This document shows positions 45,865 to 55,121 of a stretch of 64,000 bases of DNA, in pieces. Every line of letters begins with the position of its first letter. Within the stretch, counting starts at the first letter, position 1. A program made the position numbers and the translations under genes. The stretch comes from an uncultured Steroidobacter sp. (lineage in GTDB: Bacteria > Pseudomonadota > Gammaproteobacteria > Steroidobacterales > Steroidobacteraceae). The notes beneath the pieces are model-generated. The model saw only the letters and a list, made by a program, of their open reading frames with translations, had not been told where the DNA came from and did not search any database. Location of the stretch: the NCBI GenBank assembly GCA_964457865.1, contig CAYWHG010000001.1, positions 54,193 to 118,192 of the forward strand. The letters run 5' to 3'.

Positions 45865-48800
45865 ATGACACTTCTGCCGGTTTCGCTCGAAGACAAGTAT
45901 CGTCCGGATGCGCAACGCATCTACCTGTCGGGGACCCAGGCCCTGGTACGCCTGCCGCTCCTGCAGCGGGACCGCGATCGTCGATCGGGACTGAACACGG
46001 CGGGATTCATCTCCGGCTATCGCGGTTCGCCGCTCGGCATGTACGACCACGCGCTGTGGCGGGCACAAAGTCATCTGAAGGCGCACGACATCACCTTCGT
46101 GCCGGGACTCAATGAAGACCTCGCCGCAACTGCTGTGTGGGGTACTCAACAGGTAGGGCAGTCCGCAAGTTCAAAGGTGCGCGGCGTCTTCGGGATCTGG
46201 TACGGCAAGGGTCCGGGTGTGGACCGCTCGCTGGATGCGCTCAAGCATGCCAATGCCGCGGGCACTTCGCCCTACGGCGGTGTGCTTGCCATCGCGGGCG
46301 ATGATCATGGGGCGCAGTCGTCCACGCTGCCGCATCAGAGCGAACAGGCTTTCGCTGCGGCCATGATGCCGGTGCTCAATCCGTCGAGCATGCAGGAGTA
46401 TCTGGATCTCGGTCTCTACGGCTTCGCACTGTCGAGGTACTCAGGCTGCTGGGTGGGGTTCAAGGCCACGTCCGAGATCGTGGAGTGTTCCGCCTCCATT
46501 GTCAGTGATCCGGAACGAGCGAGCGTTGTCGTACCGACCGACTTCGAGATGCCGTCGGGAGGACTCGGTGTGCGATGGCCGGATTCGCCGCTCGAGAAGG
46601 AGCGGCGGCTGTTCGGGCCGAAGATGGATGCGGTTGCCGCCTTCGCCCGGGCCAATGCGCTCGATCGCATCGTGCTCGATGCGCCAACCGCGCGGCTTGG
46701 CATCATGACCACCGGCAAGGCCTATCTGGAGGTGCGCCAGGCGCTGACCGACCTTGGGATCGATGACTCGATGGCTGTGCGGATCGGTCTGCGCCTTTAC
46801 AAGGTCGCCATGGTCTGGCCGCTGGAGCAGAGCGGTGTGCATCGGTTTGCCGATGGTCTCGATGAGATCCTGGTGGTGGAAGAGAAGCGCGGTTTCCTCG
46901 AGGAGCAACTCACGCGCATTCTCTACAACATGGAGGCCCGGCGCCGGCCGTCGATCGTCGGCAAGCGTGACGAGAATGGTCGAATGCTGCTGTCGAGCGA
47001 AGGTGAGTTGACGCGAACCATGGTTGCCCGTGCGCTGCTGACGCGGCTGCGCCGATTGGGTTGTCACGACGCTCATCTTGAGCAAAGGCTGGCACGTCTG
47101 GAGGCGTTCGACAGGAACGCCGCTTCGCCATCAGCTGGCGTGCAGCGCACGCCGTTCTTCTGCCCGGGATGTCCGCACAATTCATCGACGAAAGTGCCCG
47201 AAGGCAGTCGTGCGCTGGCGGGGATCGGCTGTCACGGCATGGCGATCTATGTGCCGAGCCGGCGCACCACCACCATGTCTCACATGGGCGGGGAAGGTGC
47301 GAGTTGGATCGGTGAGTCGCCCTTCACGAACGAAGCGCATGTGTTCCAGAACCTGGGGGACGGGACTTATGCACACTCCGGCGTGCTGGCGCTGAGAGCG
47401 GCGGCCGCCGCTGGTGTGAACATCACCTACAAGATCCTCTACAACGATGCGGTTGCGATGACGGGTGGTCAGCCTGTCGAGGGTCAGCTGAGTCTGGCGC
47501 AGATCGCTCAGCAGGTTGCTGCCGAAGGAGCGAAGCGCATCGTGGTGGTGACGGATGCGCCTGCAAAGTATCCGGCGAACATCTTTCCGCGCGGTGTGAC
47601 CATCCACCATCGGCGCGAACTCGATCTCGTGCAGCGCGAGTTGCGCGAGATCAAGGGATTGACGGTCCTTCTCTATGACCAGACGTGCGCCGCGGAATTG
47701 CGCCGTCGCCGCAAGCGCGGACGCGAGGCCGACCCGACCCGTCGCGTGTTCATCAATGCGTCGGTGTGCGAGGGATGCGGAGACTGTTCAACTGCATCGA
47801 ACTGTATTGCCGTCCAGCCGCTGGAAACCGAACTCGGTCGCAAGCGGCAGATCGACCAGTCACAATGCAACAAGGATTTCTCGTGCGTGGAGGGATTCTG
47901 CCCGAGTTTCGTGAGCATCCAGGGCGGAAAGCTCAGGAGTGCTGCCGAACCGGTGCCGCTGCCAGCCGGTCTCGCCGAATCACTGCCGTCGCCTGCTGTA
48001 CTCAACGCTGATAGCTACAACATTCTCGTCACCGGCATTGGGGGCACCGGCGTAGTCACCGTGGGCGCGTTGGTTGCGATGGCGGCCCATCTGGAAGGCA
48101 AGGGGTGCAGCGTTCTCGATGTCACCGGGCTCGCCCAGAAGAACGGTGCCGTGACGAGTCACATCCGCATCACGCAGACGCCCGGGGACGTGATGGCGGG
48201 ACGAATTCCCAGCGGCGCCGCTGACCTCATTCTCGGCTGCGACATGGTGGTCGCTGCCAGCGCGGCATCGCTGTCGCGTGTCGATGGCGGGCGAACCCGG
48301 GCCATCGTCAATTCGGACGTCCAGCCGACCGCCAGCTTCGTCATGAATCCGGACATCGATCTCGGTGCGGACGGAAAGAGGGATGCATTGCGTGCTGCGC
48401 TGGGGGAGGAGAGGATCGATTTCATCGATGCCACCCGTATCGCAACGGCACTGCTGGGTGATGCGATCGCCGCGAACACGTTCCTGCTCGGCTTTGCGTA
48501 TCAGAAAGGTGCCATTCCACTGACGCTGGCGTCCATCCAGCGTGCAATGGAGCTGAACAATGTCAGTGTCGAACTCAACAAGCGGGCGTTTCTGTGGGGT
48601 CGGCTTGCGGCCCACGATGACGCGGCCGTCATGGATGCGGCCAGTCCGCGTCTGCGCAGCAAGGCACGCACGGCACAGACACTCGATGAACTGATCGCGC
48701 GTCGCGCCGCGTTTCTCGCGGCGTATCAGAATGTCGCCTGGGCCGAGCGCTATCGCAGGGTGGTTATCGCGGTCAGGCAGCATGAACAGCGAATTGTGCC

Positions 48801-49320
48801 GGGTCAGGAAAAAATCGCAGAGGCGGTGGCGAACAATCTGTTCAAGCTGATGGCGTACAAGGATGAGTACGAAGTGGGCAGGCTCTACGCGCAAACTGAT
48901 TTCCGCGAGACACTTGCGCGACAGTTCGATGGGGCGCCCCGGCTCACCTTCCATCTCGCGCCGCCGATATTCGCATCGGTCGACCCTGCAACGGGTCATC
49001 CGCGCAAGCGCGAATTCGGCGGGTGGATGATGCCGGTATTCAGTGGCCTTGCGAGACTGCGATTTCTGCGCGGCACGCTGTTCGATCCGTTTGGCTGGAC
49101 GGCTGAGCGACGTGCCGAGCGGCGCCTGATCGATGACTACGAGCGCAGCATGCTGGAGATCACATCCAGAATGACAGCCGAACAGTGTCCGCTGGTGCTG
49201 AAGTTCGCGAGCGTTCCGGATGCCATCCGGGGCTTCGGGCATGTCAAGGCAAGATCAATGGCGCTGGCCGAGAAGGAAGCGGCAAGGCTGCACGCTGAAA
49301 TGGCCGCACTGATCCCGTAG
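45865..49320 (+). CDS. Indolepyruvate:ferredoxin oxidoreductase family protein (fused alpha/beta)
   Basis: SGYRGSPLG, NEDLAATAVWG, FCPGCPHN, CEGCGDC..C..C Fe-S motif, GLAQKNGAV and YKDEYEV. Confidence 0.92.
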   Translation: MTLLPVSLEDKYRPDAQRIYLSGTQALVRLPLLQRDRDRRSGLNTAGFISGYRGSPLGMYDHALWRAQSHLKAHDITFVPGLNEDLAATAVWGTQQVGQSASSKVRGVFGIWYGKGPGVDRSLDALKHANAAGTSPYGGVLAIAGDDHGAQSSTLPHQSEQAFAAAMMPVLNPSSMQEYLDLGLYGFALSRYSGCWVGFKATSEIVECSASIVSDPERASVVVPTDFEMPSGGLGVRWPDSPLEKERRLFGPKMDAVAAFARANALDRIVLDAPTARLGIMTTGKAYLEVRQALTDLGIDDSMAVRIGLRLYKVAMVWPLEQSGVHRFADGLDEILVVEEKRGFLEEQLTRILYNMEARRRPSIVGKRDENGRMLLSSEGELTRTMVARALLTRLRRLGCHDAHLEQRLARLEAFDRNAASPSAGVQRTPFFCPGCPHNSSTKVPEGSRALAGIGCHGMAIYVPSRRTTTMSHMGGEGASWIGESPFTNEAHVFQNLGDGTYAHSGVLALRAAAAAGVNITYKILYNDAVAMTGGQPVEGQLSLAQIAQQVAAEGAKRIVVVTDAPAKYPANIFPRGVTIHHRRELDLVQRELREIKGLTVLLYDQTCAAELRRRRKRGREADPTRRVFINASVCEGCGDCSTASNCIAVQPLETELGRKRQIDQSQCNKDFSCVEGFCPSFVSIQGGKLRSAAEPVPLPAGLAESLPSPAVLNADSYNILVTGIGGTGVVTVGALVAMAAHLEGKGCSVLDVTGLAQKNGAVTSHIRITQTPGDVMAGRIPSGAADLILGCDMVVAASAASLSRVDGGRTRAIVNSDVQPTASFVMNPDIDLGADGKRDALRAALGEERIDFIDATRIATALLGDAIAANTFLLGFAYQKGAIPLTLASIQRAMELNNVSVELNKRAFLWGRLAAHDDAAVMDAASPRLRSKARTAQTLDELIARRAAFLAAYQNVAWAERYRRVVIAVRQHEQRIVPGQEKIAEAVANNLFKLMAYKDEYEVGRLYAQTDFRETLARQFDGAPRLTFHLAPPIFASVDPATGHPRKREFGGWMMPVFSGLARLRFLRGTLFDPFGWTAERRAERRLIDDYERSMLEITSRMTAEQCPLVLKFASVPDAIRGFGHVKARSMALAEKEAARLHAEMAALIP

Positions 49321-49333
49321 TGCTGATGCGCAG

Positions 49334-50449
49334 TCAGGTGAGCAGGCGGTCCAGTTCCGTGAGCACAGCCTGACCCATCTCCTGCGTTGATCGATGCGGG
49401 CCACCCAGCGCGATATCGGCAGTGCGGATGCCGGCGGTGAGCGCGTTCGAGATGGCAAGTTCCAGCAGGTCAGCTTCCGTGGGAAGTCCGAGCGAAAAAC
49501 GAAGCATCAGGGCGACGCTATAGATCGAGCCCAGCGGATTGGCGATGCCCTGGCCTGCGATGTCGGGCGCGCTGCCGTGCACCGGCTCGTACAGCCCCGG
49601 GTACAGGCCGTCGTCTTTCTGTGCGCCGAGTGACGCAGAAGGGAGTATCCCCAGTGAACCCGTCACCATGGCCGCACAATCGGAAAGAATGTCGCCGAAG
49701 AGGTTGTCCGTCAGAATGACGTCGAATTGCGCTGGTGCACGCACCAGCTGCATGGCGCAGTTATCGACCAGCATGTGGCGCAGTTCGATATCGCTGTACT
49801 CCACATCGTGAAGTCGCTGTACCTCCTCACGCCAGAGTTTCCCGGCCTCCATGACGTTCTCCTTCGCAACGGAGCACACCTGTCGATTCCGGGTGCGGGC
49901 GATCTCGAAAGCGGCACGCGCCACGCGACGAATCTGCGAGCTGGTGTATTCATGGGTATTCACGCCGCGTCGCTCCCCATTGGGCAGTGTTTCGATGCCC
50001 CGGGGTTCTCCGTAGTAAATCCCGCCGACGAGTTCCCGCACGATCGTCATGTCCACACCCTGCAGAACCCGCGGCTTCAGCGACGAAGCTTCGTAGAGTG
50101 CCGCGATCGCCTTGACCGGACGCAGATTCGCGTACAGATCGAGCGTGCGACGTACCGCAAGCAGGTTGCCGGCTTTTCGGACGTGCGCCGGGATGGTCTC
50201 GAAATCGGGTCCACCCGTGGCGCCGAACAGCACGGCGTCCGCATGCTGCATCGTGGCGAGCGTGACCTCAGGCAGGACGGTGCCGTTGCGCAGATAGCTC
50301 GATGCGCCGTATTCGACGTCCACGAGCTGAATGGGCAGCGACCGCTTCTCGATGATTCGCGCAAGTACGCGCCGACCTTCCGCGGTGACTTCGGGCCCGA
50401 TGCCATCGCCGCCGGCGATTGCGACTGTGCGGACACGCCGGGTCGTCAT
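49334..50449 (-). CDS. leuB: 3-isopropylmalate dehydrogenase-like beta-decarboxylating dehydrogenase (divergent, stand-alone)
   Basis: GDGIGPEV, LYANLRP, DNLFGDILSD and EPVHGSAPDIAG; substrate loop reads VRKAGNLL rather than RPExGLL. Confidence 0.75.
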   Translation of the reverse strand: MTTRRVRTVAIAGGDGIGPEVTAEGRRVLARIIEKRSLPIQLVDVEYGASSYLRNGTVLPEVTLATMQHADAVLFGATGGPDFETIPAHVRKAGNLLAVRRTLDLYANLRPVKAIAALYEASSLKPRVLQGVDMTIVRELVGGIYYGEPRGIETLPNGERRGVNTHEYTSSQIRRVARAAFEIARTRNRQVCSVAKENVMEAGKLWREEVQRLHDVEYSDIELRHMLVDNCAMQLVRAPAQFDVILTDNLFGDILSDCAAMVTGSLGILPSASLGAQKDDGLYPGLYEPVHGSAPDIAGQGIANPLGSIYSVALMLRFSLGLPTEADLLELAISNALTAGIRTADIALGGPHRSTQEMGQAVLTELDRLLT

Positions 50450-50609
50450 GGGGACACCGCATGTACAGGGCTGTGCCCATCGACGCGAGGCCAGTTGGTC
50501 CGGCGGTTGTCGAATATGCGCATGGGCGAATCCATGGGGTTTCTCGCGGGGCTTCTTGCGGGAGTTGCCGAAGGCGGGCGTGCTTGCTGCTGCCTCAGGT
50601 TCAGACTAT

Positions 50610-50636
50610 GATCGCATAGGTGAATGATATTCGCAT
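50610..50636. promoter_or_regulatory. Three-half-site operator between leuB-like (-) and SBP-3 (+)
   Basis: GATCGCAT-AGGTGAAT-GAT-ATTCGCAT; 50618-50636 matches the 19356 site at 15/19 (reverse complement). Confidence 0.6.
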
Positions 50637-50708
50637 TTGTAATTCGAGTGCCCGGCCGTTACGACACATGTCGCAAGTCGCTGCGACATCCTTTTGGGAG
50701 GAAGACGA

Positions 50709-51776
50709 ATGAGCCGAATCGGGTCCTTGTCAGCCGCGTTGTTGATGGTGGTAACGAGTAGCGCCATGGCGGATGCCAACGTGCTTCGGGTCGGAACGCC
50801 AACGCCGGCCAGCGTCTATTCGGCCACCCTCACTGCTGCTCTTGAACTGGGCTATTTCGCCGACGAAGGCATCGACCTGCAGTTGCAGCAATTTCCCACC
50901 ACCGTGCCGGTGATGCAGGCGGTCGCCAATGGTTCGATCGATGTCGGCGGCGGCGGCGTCTTTCCCCTGGTAGTCGCCAATCAACCTGGCAAGAATCACT
51001 TGCCGTTGAAGTTCTTCTACAACGCGATACGCAAGTTCGCGTTCGAGATTGTCGTACCTGCCGATAGCCATGCCCAACGTATCGGGGATCTCAAAGGCAG
51101 GAAGCTGGGCGTCCTGTCGTTGACCGCGCCGTATGCTCCGATCACCCGTGTCGTGTTGCGGGAGAATGGGTTGTCGCCCGACGACGTGCAGATCGTCGCT
51201 GTGGGCGAGAATCAGGGCGGTTTCGATCAGCTGATGCAGGGCAAGATCGACGCGTATGAGACGTTCATCGGCAACAGCGCACTGTTCGAAGCGGATGGCG
51301 GTCAACTGAAGCGACTGCCGTACAGCAAGCGGATCAACAACCTGCTGACCTACAGCTACTATGCCAGTGAGGAAACTCTGGCGAAGCGGCCGGCGCTGCT
51401 CGCAGGCTTCGGCCGTGGAGTAGCGAAGGGGGCGCTGACCTGCAATATTGCGCCTGAGTGGTGCGTGAGATCCGTGTGGAAGCTGTATCCCCATCTGCAG
51501 CCCGGCAAAGATGCTGAAGCTGGCGAGATGGCTCGCCAGGTGCGATTGCTGAAGACCAACCTGGCTGCGTATCTGGCGTTCCCCGAGGGCCAGCCCCGAC
51601 GGTTCGGCGAGTATCCGCAAGACGCGTTCAGGCAGTTGATCGACATCCTTCACGAAGGCGGCGAACTGCCCACGGCCGATATCGACGCCGATATGTTTTT
51701 CACCAATGCGCTCGTCAATCAGGTGAACGATTTCGACGTGGCTGAGGTCGAGGCAAGAGCTCGCCAGCTGCGATGA
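50709..51776 (+). CDS. ABC-type substrate-binding protein, NMT1/THI5/SsuA family (SBP-3, close paralog of SBP-1)
   Basis: Shares GGGGVFPLV, LSLTAPYA, DAYETFIGNSA, LKRLPYS and IAPEWC with SBP-1. Confidence 0.87.
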   Translation: MSRIGSLSAALLMVVTSSAMADANVLRVGTPTPASVYSATLTAALELGYFADEGIDLQLQQFPTTVPVMQAVANGSIDVGGGGVFPLVVANQPGKNHLPLKFFYNAIRKFAFEIVVPADSHAQRIGDLKGRKLGVLSLTAPYAPITRVVLRENGLSPDDVQIVAVGENQGGFDQLMQGKIDAYETFIGNSALFEADGGQLKRLPYSKRINNLLTYSYYASEETLAKRPALLAGFGRGVAKGALTCNIAPEWCVRSVWKLYPHLQPGKDAEAGEMARQVRLLKTNLAAYLAFPEGQPRRFGEYPQDAFRQLIDILHEGGELPTADIDADMFFTNALVNQVNDFDVAEVEARARQLR

Positions 51777-51907
51777 TGTGTTGCGTTGCGCTGATCCGAT
51801 GTCCGCATCCGGAGCATCGGCAGTCGCCTGAGTGACGAGATATCAGACGGCATCGCGGCCGCCGAACTGTTGTTCCAAACACGTAGCGATACAGCTGAGA
51901 CAAGACC

Positions 51908-52387
51908 ATGGCAATGCAAATGAACGGTGAGGTGGATCTTCCGGCCACGCGCGAGATCGTGTGGGCCAGGCTCAACGATCCGGCTGTCCTGAAGGCCTGC
52001 ATTCCTGGATGCGAAGAGTTCGATGTCGTGTCGGAGACAGAGTTCGTTGCCGTGGCGACCAACAAGATCGGACCGATCAAGGCTCGCTTCAAAGGGCGTG
52101 TCCACCTGAGCGAGATGGATCCACCCGCCGGCTATCGTCTGGCTGGCGAAGGCGAGGGCGGTATTGCGGGCTTTGCAAAGATGAGCGCAGGCGTCACCCT
52201 GCGCGAAGGTGAGGCCGGCACGCTGCTGTGCTACGACGTGGATGCGCAGTTTGGCGGACGAATGGCACAGCTAGGCTCACGACTGGTGCAGAGTGCTGCG
52301 AAGAAGCTCGCCGATGACTTCTTCAATCGCTTCGCCACTGTCATCAGGGAGGGAAGTGTTGAGGCGCTTGTCAACGAGCAGGCCTGA
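51908..52387 (+). CDS. coxG: CoxG/SRPBCC family protein
   Basis: VWARLNDPAVLKACIPGCE, IGPIKARFKG and GGRMAQLGSRLV. Confidence 0.85.
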   Translation: MAMQMNGEVDLPATREIVWARLNDPAVLKACIPGCEEFDVVSETEFVAVATNKIGPIKARFKGRVHLSEMDPPAGYRLAGEGEGGIAGFAKMSAGVTLREGEAGTLLCYDVDAQFGGRMAQLGSRLVQSAAKKLADDFFNRFATVIREGSVEALVNEQA

Positions 52388-52426
52388 ACGATTCCGGGCT
52401 GAAGTCGTTCTTCAGCTCGAGGCCAC

Positions 52427-53359
52427 ATGAACCCCATCGCGCTTTCTCGCGGCGACTTCCTGCGTGCGCTGGCGGTCGTGATCATCTGGGGTCTGAACTT
52501 CGTGGTGATGAAGGTCGGCCTGCAGGGCATTGGCCCCATGCTGCTGGGTGCATTGCGCTTTGCGGCGGCCGCGCTGCCTTTCCTGCTTTTTGTCCGGCGT
52601 CCGAACCTGCCCTGGCGCTACGTGGTGGCCTACGGTTTGACGCAGGGCCTCGGGCAGTTCGGATTTCTGTTTCTTGGTCTGCAGATGGGCATGACCGCCG
52701 GCATGGCCTCGGTAGTGATGCAGACTCAAGCCTTCTTCACGTTGCTGCTGGCAGCGCCGGTGCTGGGCGAGCGCGCACGCCTGTCGCAGGGCCTCGGCGT
52801 ACTCGTGGCGCTGGGCGGACTGTTGCTGATTGCCATTGCCCATGGCGATGGGCCAGGACAGATGACGCTGATCGGGTTCATCCTGACGCTCTCAGCCGCG
52901 TTCATGTGGGCGATGTCCAATCTCGTGGCGCGACTGGCGAGTCGTGTTGGTGACTACGAGCCATTTTCCTTCATCGTCTGGAGCGGCGTTGTCCCCATTC
53001 TGCCGTTCACGCTGCTGGCGCTGTGGATGGATGGACCACAGGCGGTGATGCATCAGGTGCGCGGCATGCAGCTTGCGACGGTGCTGTCGATCCTGTTCCT
53101 GGCGTGGTGTTCCACGCTGCTGGCCTATACGCTGTGGACGCAACTGCTGCAGCGTCATCCCACAGGACGGGTTACGCCGTTCTCGTTGCTGGTGCCTGTG
53201 GTGGGGTTATGGTCGGCCTGGATGTTCTTCGGCGAATGGCCGTTGCCGCAGCAATGGTGGGGCGCCGCAGCGGTCTTGCTGGGGCTGGTTGTGAACCAGC
53301 TGGGAGATCGTCTCTTCTCGCTTCTCGGTTTTTCAAAGAAGGAGCCGGTTGGCGGTTAG
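52427..53359 (+). CDS. EamA/DMT family transporter
   Basis: IWGLNFVVMKVGL, VMQTQAFFT and FSLLVPVVG; about 10 TM segments. Confidence 0.9.
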   Translation: MNPIALSRGDFLRALAVVIIWGLNFVVMKVGLQGIGPMLLGALRFAAAALPFLLFVRRPNLPWRYVVAYGLTQGLGQFGFLFLGLQMGMTAGMASVVMQTQAFFTLLLAAPVLGERARLSQGLGVLVALGGLLLIAIAHGDGPGQMTLIGFILTLSAAFMWAMSNLVARLASRVGDYEPFSFIVWSGVVPILPFTLLALWMDGPQAVMHQVRGMQLATVLSILFLAWCSTLLAYTLWTQLLQRHPTGRVTPFSLLVPVVGLWSAWMFFGEWPLPQQWWGAAAVLLGLVVNQLGDRLFSLLGFSKKEPVGG

Positions 53360-53670
53360 CGTCGGGCCGCCAGCCGCCAACTTTCACCAGGAAGTCCTTG
53401 ATCTATTTTCCGTTCGCCCTGAGCCAGTCGAAGGGTGAATTCCACGACGTTAACCCTGGATGGCTCGCGCCTTCTGAGAGAAATTCCGTGCATACCCGCC
53501 TTGTTCCTGATGGCAGACGGTGTCCTGCGAAAATTGGCAGCGATGATTTCTACAGGCATGCCGGCTTTCGCAAGGTCGCGCAGCTGACACAGTGCTTCGG
53601 AAGTCCACGCTTTCGCCGGCGAAGAGTCCAGGCTGCGAGCCATGTGTGCGAAGGAATCAAATGACCTCAT
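53356..53670 (-). CDS. Small hypothetical protein with a GcrA/Myb-like HTH pattern
   Basis: WTSEALCQLRDLAKAGMPVEIIAANFRRTPSAIRNKAGMHGISL; AGGA RBS upstream of ATG 53670. Confidence 0.55.
   Translation of the reverse strand: MRSFDSFAHMARSLDSSPAKAWTSEALCQLRDLAKAGMPVEIIAANFRRTPSAIRNKAGMHGISLRRREPSRVNVVEFTLRLAQGERKIDQGLPGESWRLAARR
53411..53439. repeat. REP-like palindromic element (single copy here)
   Basis: CGTTCGCCCTGAGCCAGTCGAAGGGTGAA forms a hairpin resembling the recalled CCGTTCGCCCTGAGCyTGTCGAAGGG repeat type. Confidence 0.4.
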
Positions 53671-53774
53671 CGATGTTCTTTCCTGGAATGTCCAATGCAA
53701 TTCTCAATCTGACTCGTTAAGGCTATTGCTCGCGACACCATGTTTCCCGCCGCAGGTTTGCCGCCAGATTGGAT

Positions 53775-54971
53775 CTAGAGGTCGACCGACGTGGCGTCGT
53801 AGTTGTAGAGCCAGTCGCGCAGGTCCAGCTGTTTTTCCGATTCCCGGTCGATGTACTGGCTGGCCTTCTGCGGATCTGCGAGATCCGGATGATGCAGCCG
53901 GTGTTGATTCGCCCCGGAGGCCTCCACGATGGAGGTCGTGCGCGGGATTCGCAGTTGCTCGTAACGCTGCAATGCGTGGGGCAGGTCGCTCGCGTACTTC
54001 TGCATGCAGCGAGCCAGCACATAGCCATCTTCGATGGCCATGTTGGCGCCGAAACCGAGATAGGGCAGGGTGGGATGGCATGCATCGCCCAGCAGGGTGA
54101 CCCGTCCACTTGACCAGTGCGGCATCGGCGGCCGCAGAAACAGTGCCCACTTGTAGGGGACATCGATGTTCCGGATCAGGGTCTGGATCTGCTCGTGCCA
54201 GCCGGAGAAATCAGCGCTGATCTCTTCGAGCGTTCCCTTCTCGATCCATGACTCCACCTGCCAGTCGCTGCGTTCGATGTGTCCGACGATATTCACCAGT
54301 TCGCCGCGCCGGATCGGATAGCAGACGAAGTGGCCGTTCGGCGCCATCCAGTTCTGTGTTCCGACCAGACGGTTCTTCTCGGGCAGGCTATCCATCGACA
54401 CGATGCCGCGCCAGGAGATGCAGCCGGTAAATGTCGCCGGTGTCTCGCCGAACAACTGACGGCGGATCCGCGAATGCAGGCCATCGGCGCCGATCAGTGC
54501 GTCGCCAGAGAACGTTCTGCCATCCTCGAGGACGACGGTCGCCGAGCTTTCCGACTGTTCGAAGCCCTTGACCCGCGCACTCAGATGAATCGCGTCGGGC
54601 TTCCTGCTGCGGACGGCCTTCACGAGGATGTCGTGCAGGTCCGCGCGATGAATATAGATGTTCGCGAATCCGTAATGCTCGATGAGGTAGGAGGTCAGGG
54701 TCGGCGTGGAGGCGCGATACCCCGTATTCCACACCAGCATTTCTCTGCCCTGCGGCAGTACCCACACGGACTCGATCTGTTCCTTCAGACCCAGCGCGAA
54801 CAGGACCCGCAGTCCGGTCGGGCTGATCTGAACGCCCGCGCCGACCTCGCGCAGGTTCGCGGTCTGTTCGAACACATCGACATCCATTCCCTTGTCGAGG
54901 CAGGCCAGCGCCGCGGTCAGGCCGCCGATGCCCGCGCCTGCGATCAAGACGTGCTTTTTCCTGGTGCTCAT
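53775..54971 (-). CDS. Group A FAD-dependent monooxygenase (NicC/salicylate hydroxylase family)
   Basis: IAGAGIGGL, GAGVQISP, IGADGLHSRIR and LLGDACHP; start re-assigned to ATG 54971. Confidence 0.9.
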   Translation of the reverse strand: MSTRKKHVLIAGAGIGGLTAALACLDKGMDVDVFEQTANLREVGAGVQISPTGLRVLFALGLKEQIESVWVLPQGREMLVWNTGYRASTPTLTSYLIEHYGFANIYIHRADLHDILVKAVRSRKPDAIHLSARVKGFEQSESSATVVLEDGRTFSGDALIGADGLHSRIRRQLFGETPATFTGCISWRGIVSMDSLPEKNRLVGTQNWMAPNGHFVCYPIRRGELVNIVGHIERSDWQVESWIEKGTLEEISADFSGWHEQIQTLIRNIDVPYKWALFLRPPMPHWSSGRVTLLGDACHPTLPYLGFGANMAIEDGYVLARCMQKYASDLPHALQRYEQLRIPRTTSIVEASGANQHRLHHPDLADPQKASQYIDRESEKQLDLRDWLYNYDATSVDL

Positions 54972-55003
54972 GCCACTTGTCGGATGCCAATGTGAGGGAG
55001 GCA

Positions 55004-55054
55004 AGCATCCGGTGCCCGTGCGAGCATTGTCAAGATGGGAATGTCATTCTCATA
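55004..55054 (-). promoter_or_regulatory. Operator plus promoter of the monooxygenase; near-identical to the nicD promoter
   Basis: ATGGGAATGTCATTCTCAT (55035-55053). On the minus strand TTGACA-N18-GATGCT. 31/32 identity with the reverse complement of 19355-19386. Confidence 0.8.
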
Positions 55055-55121
55055 ACCGTACGCGCTATACTACGGGTCAGTTGGATCTGTCCTCGCAGCC
55101 TGAGCGCGACAGGAGCATTTC

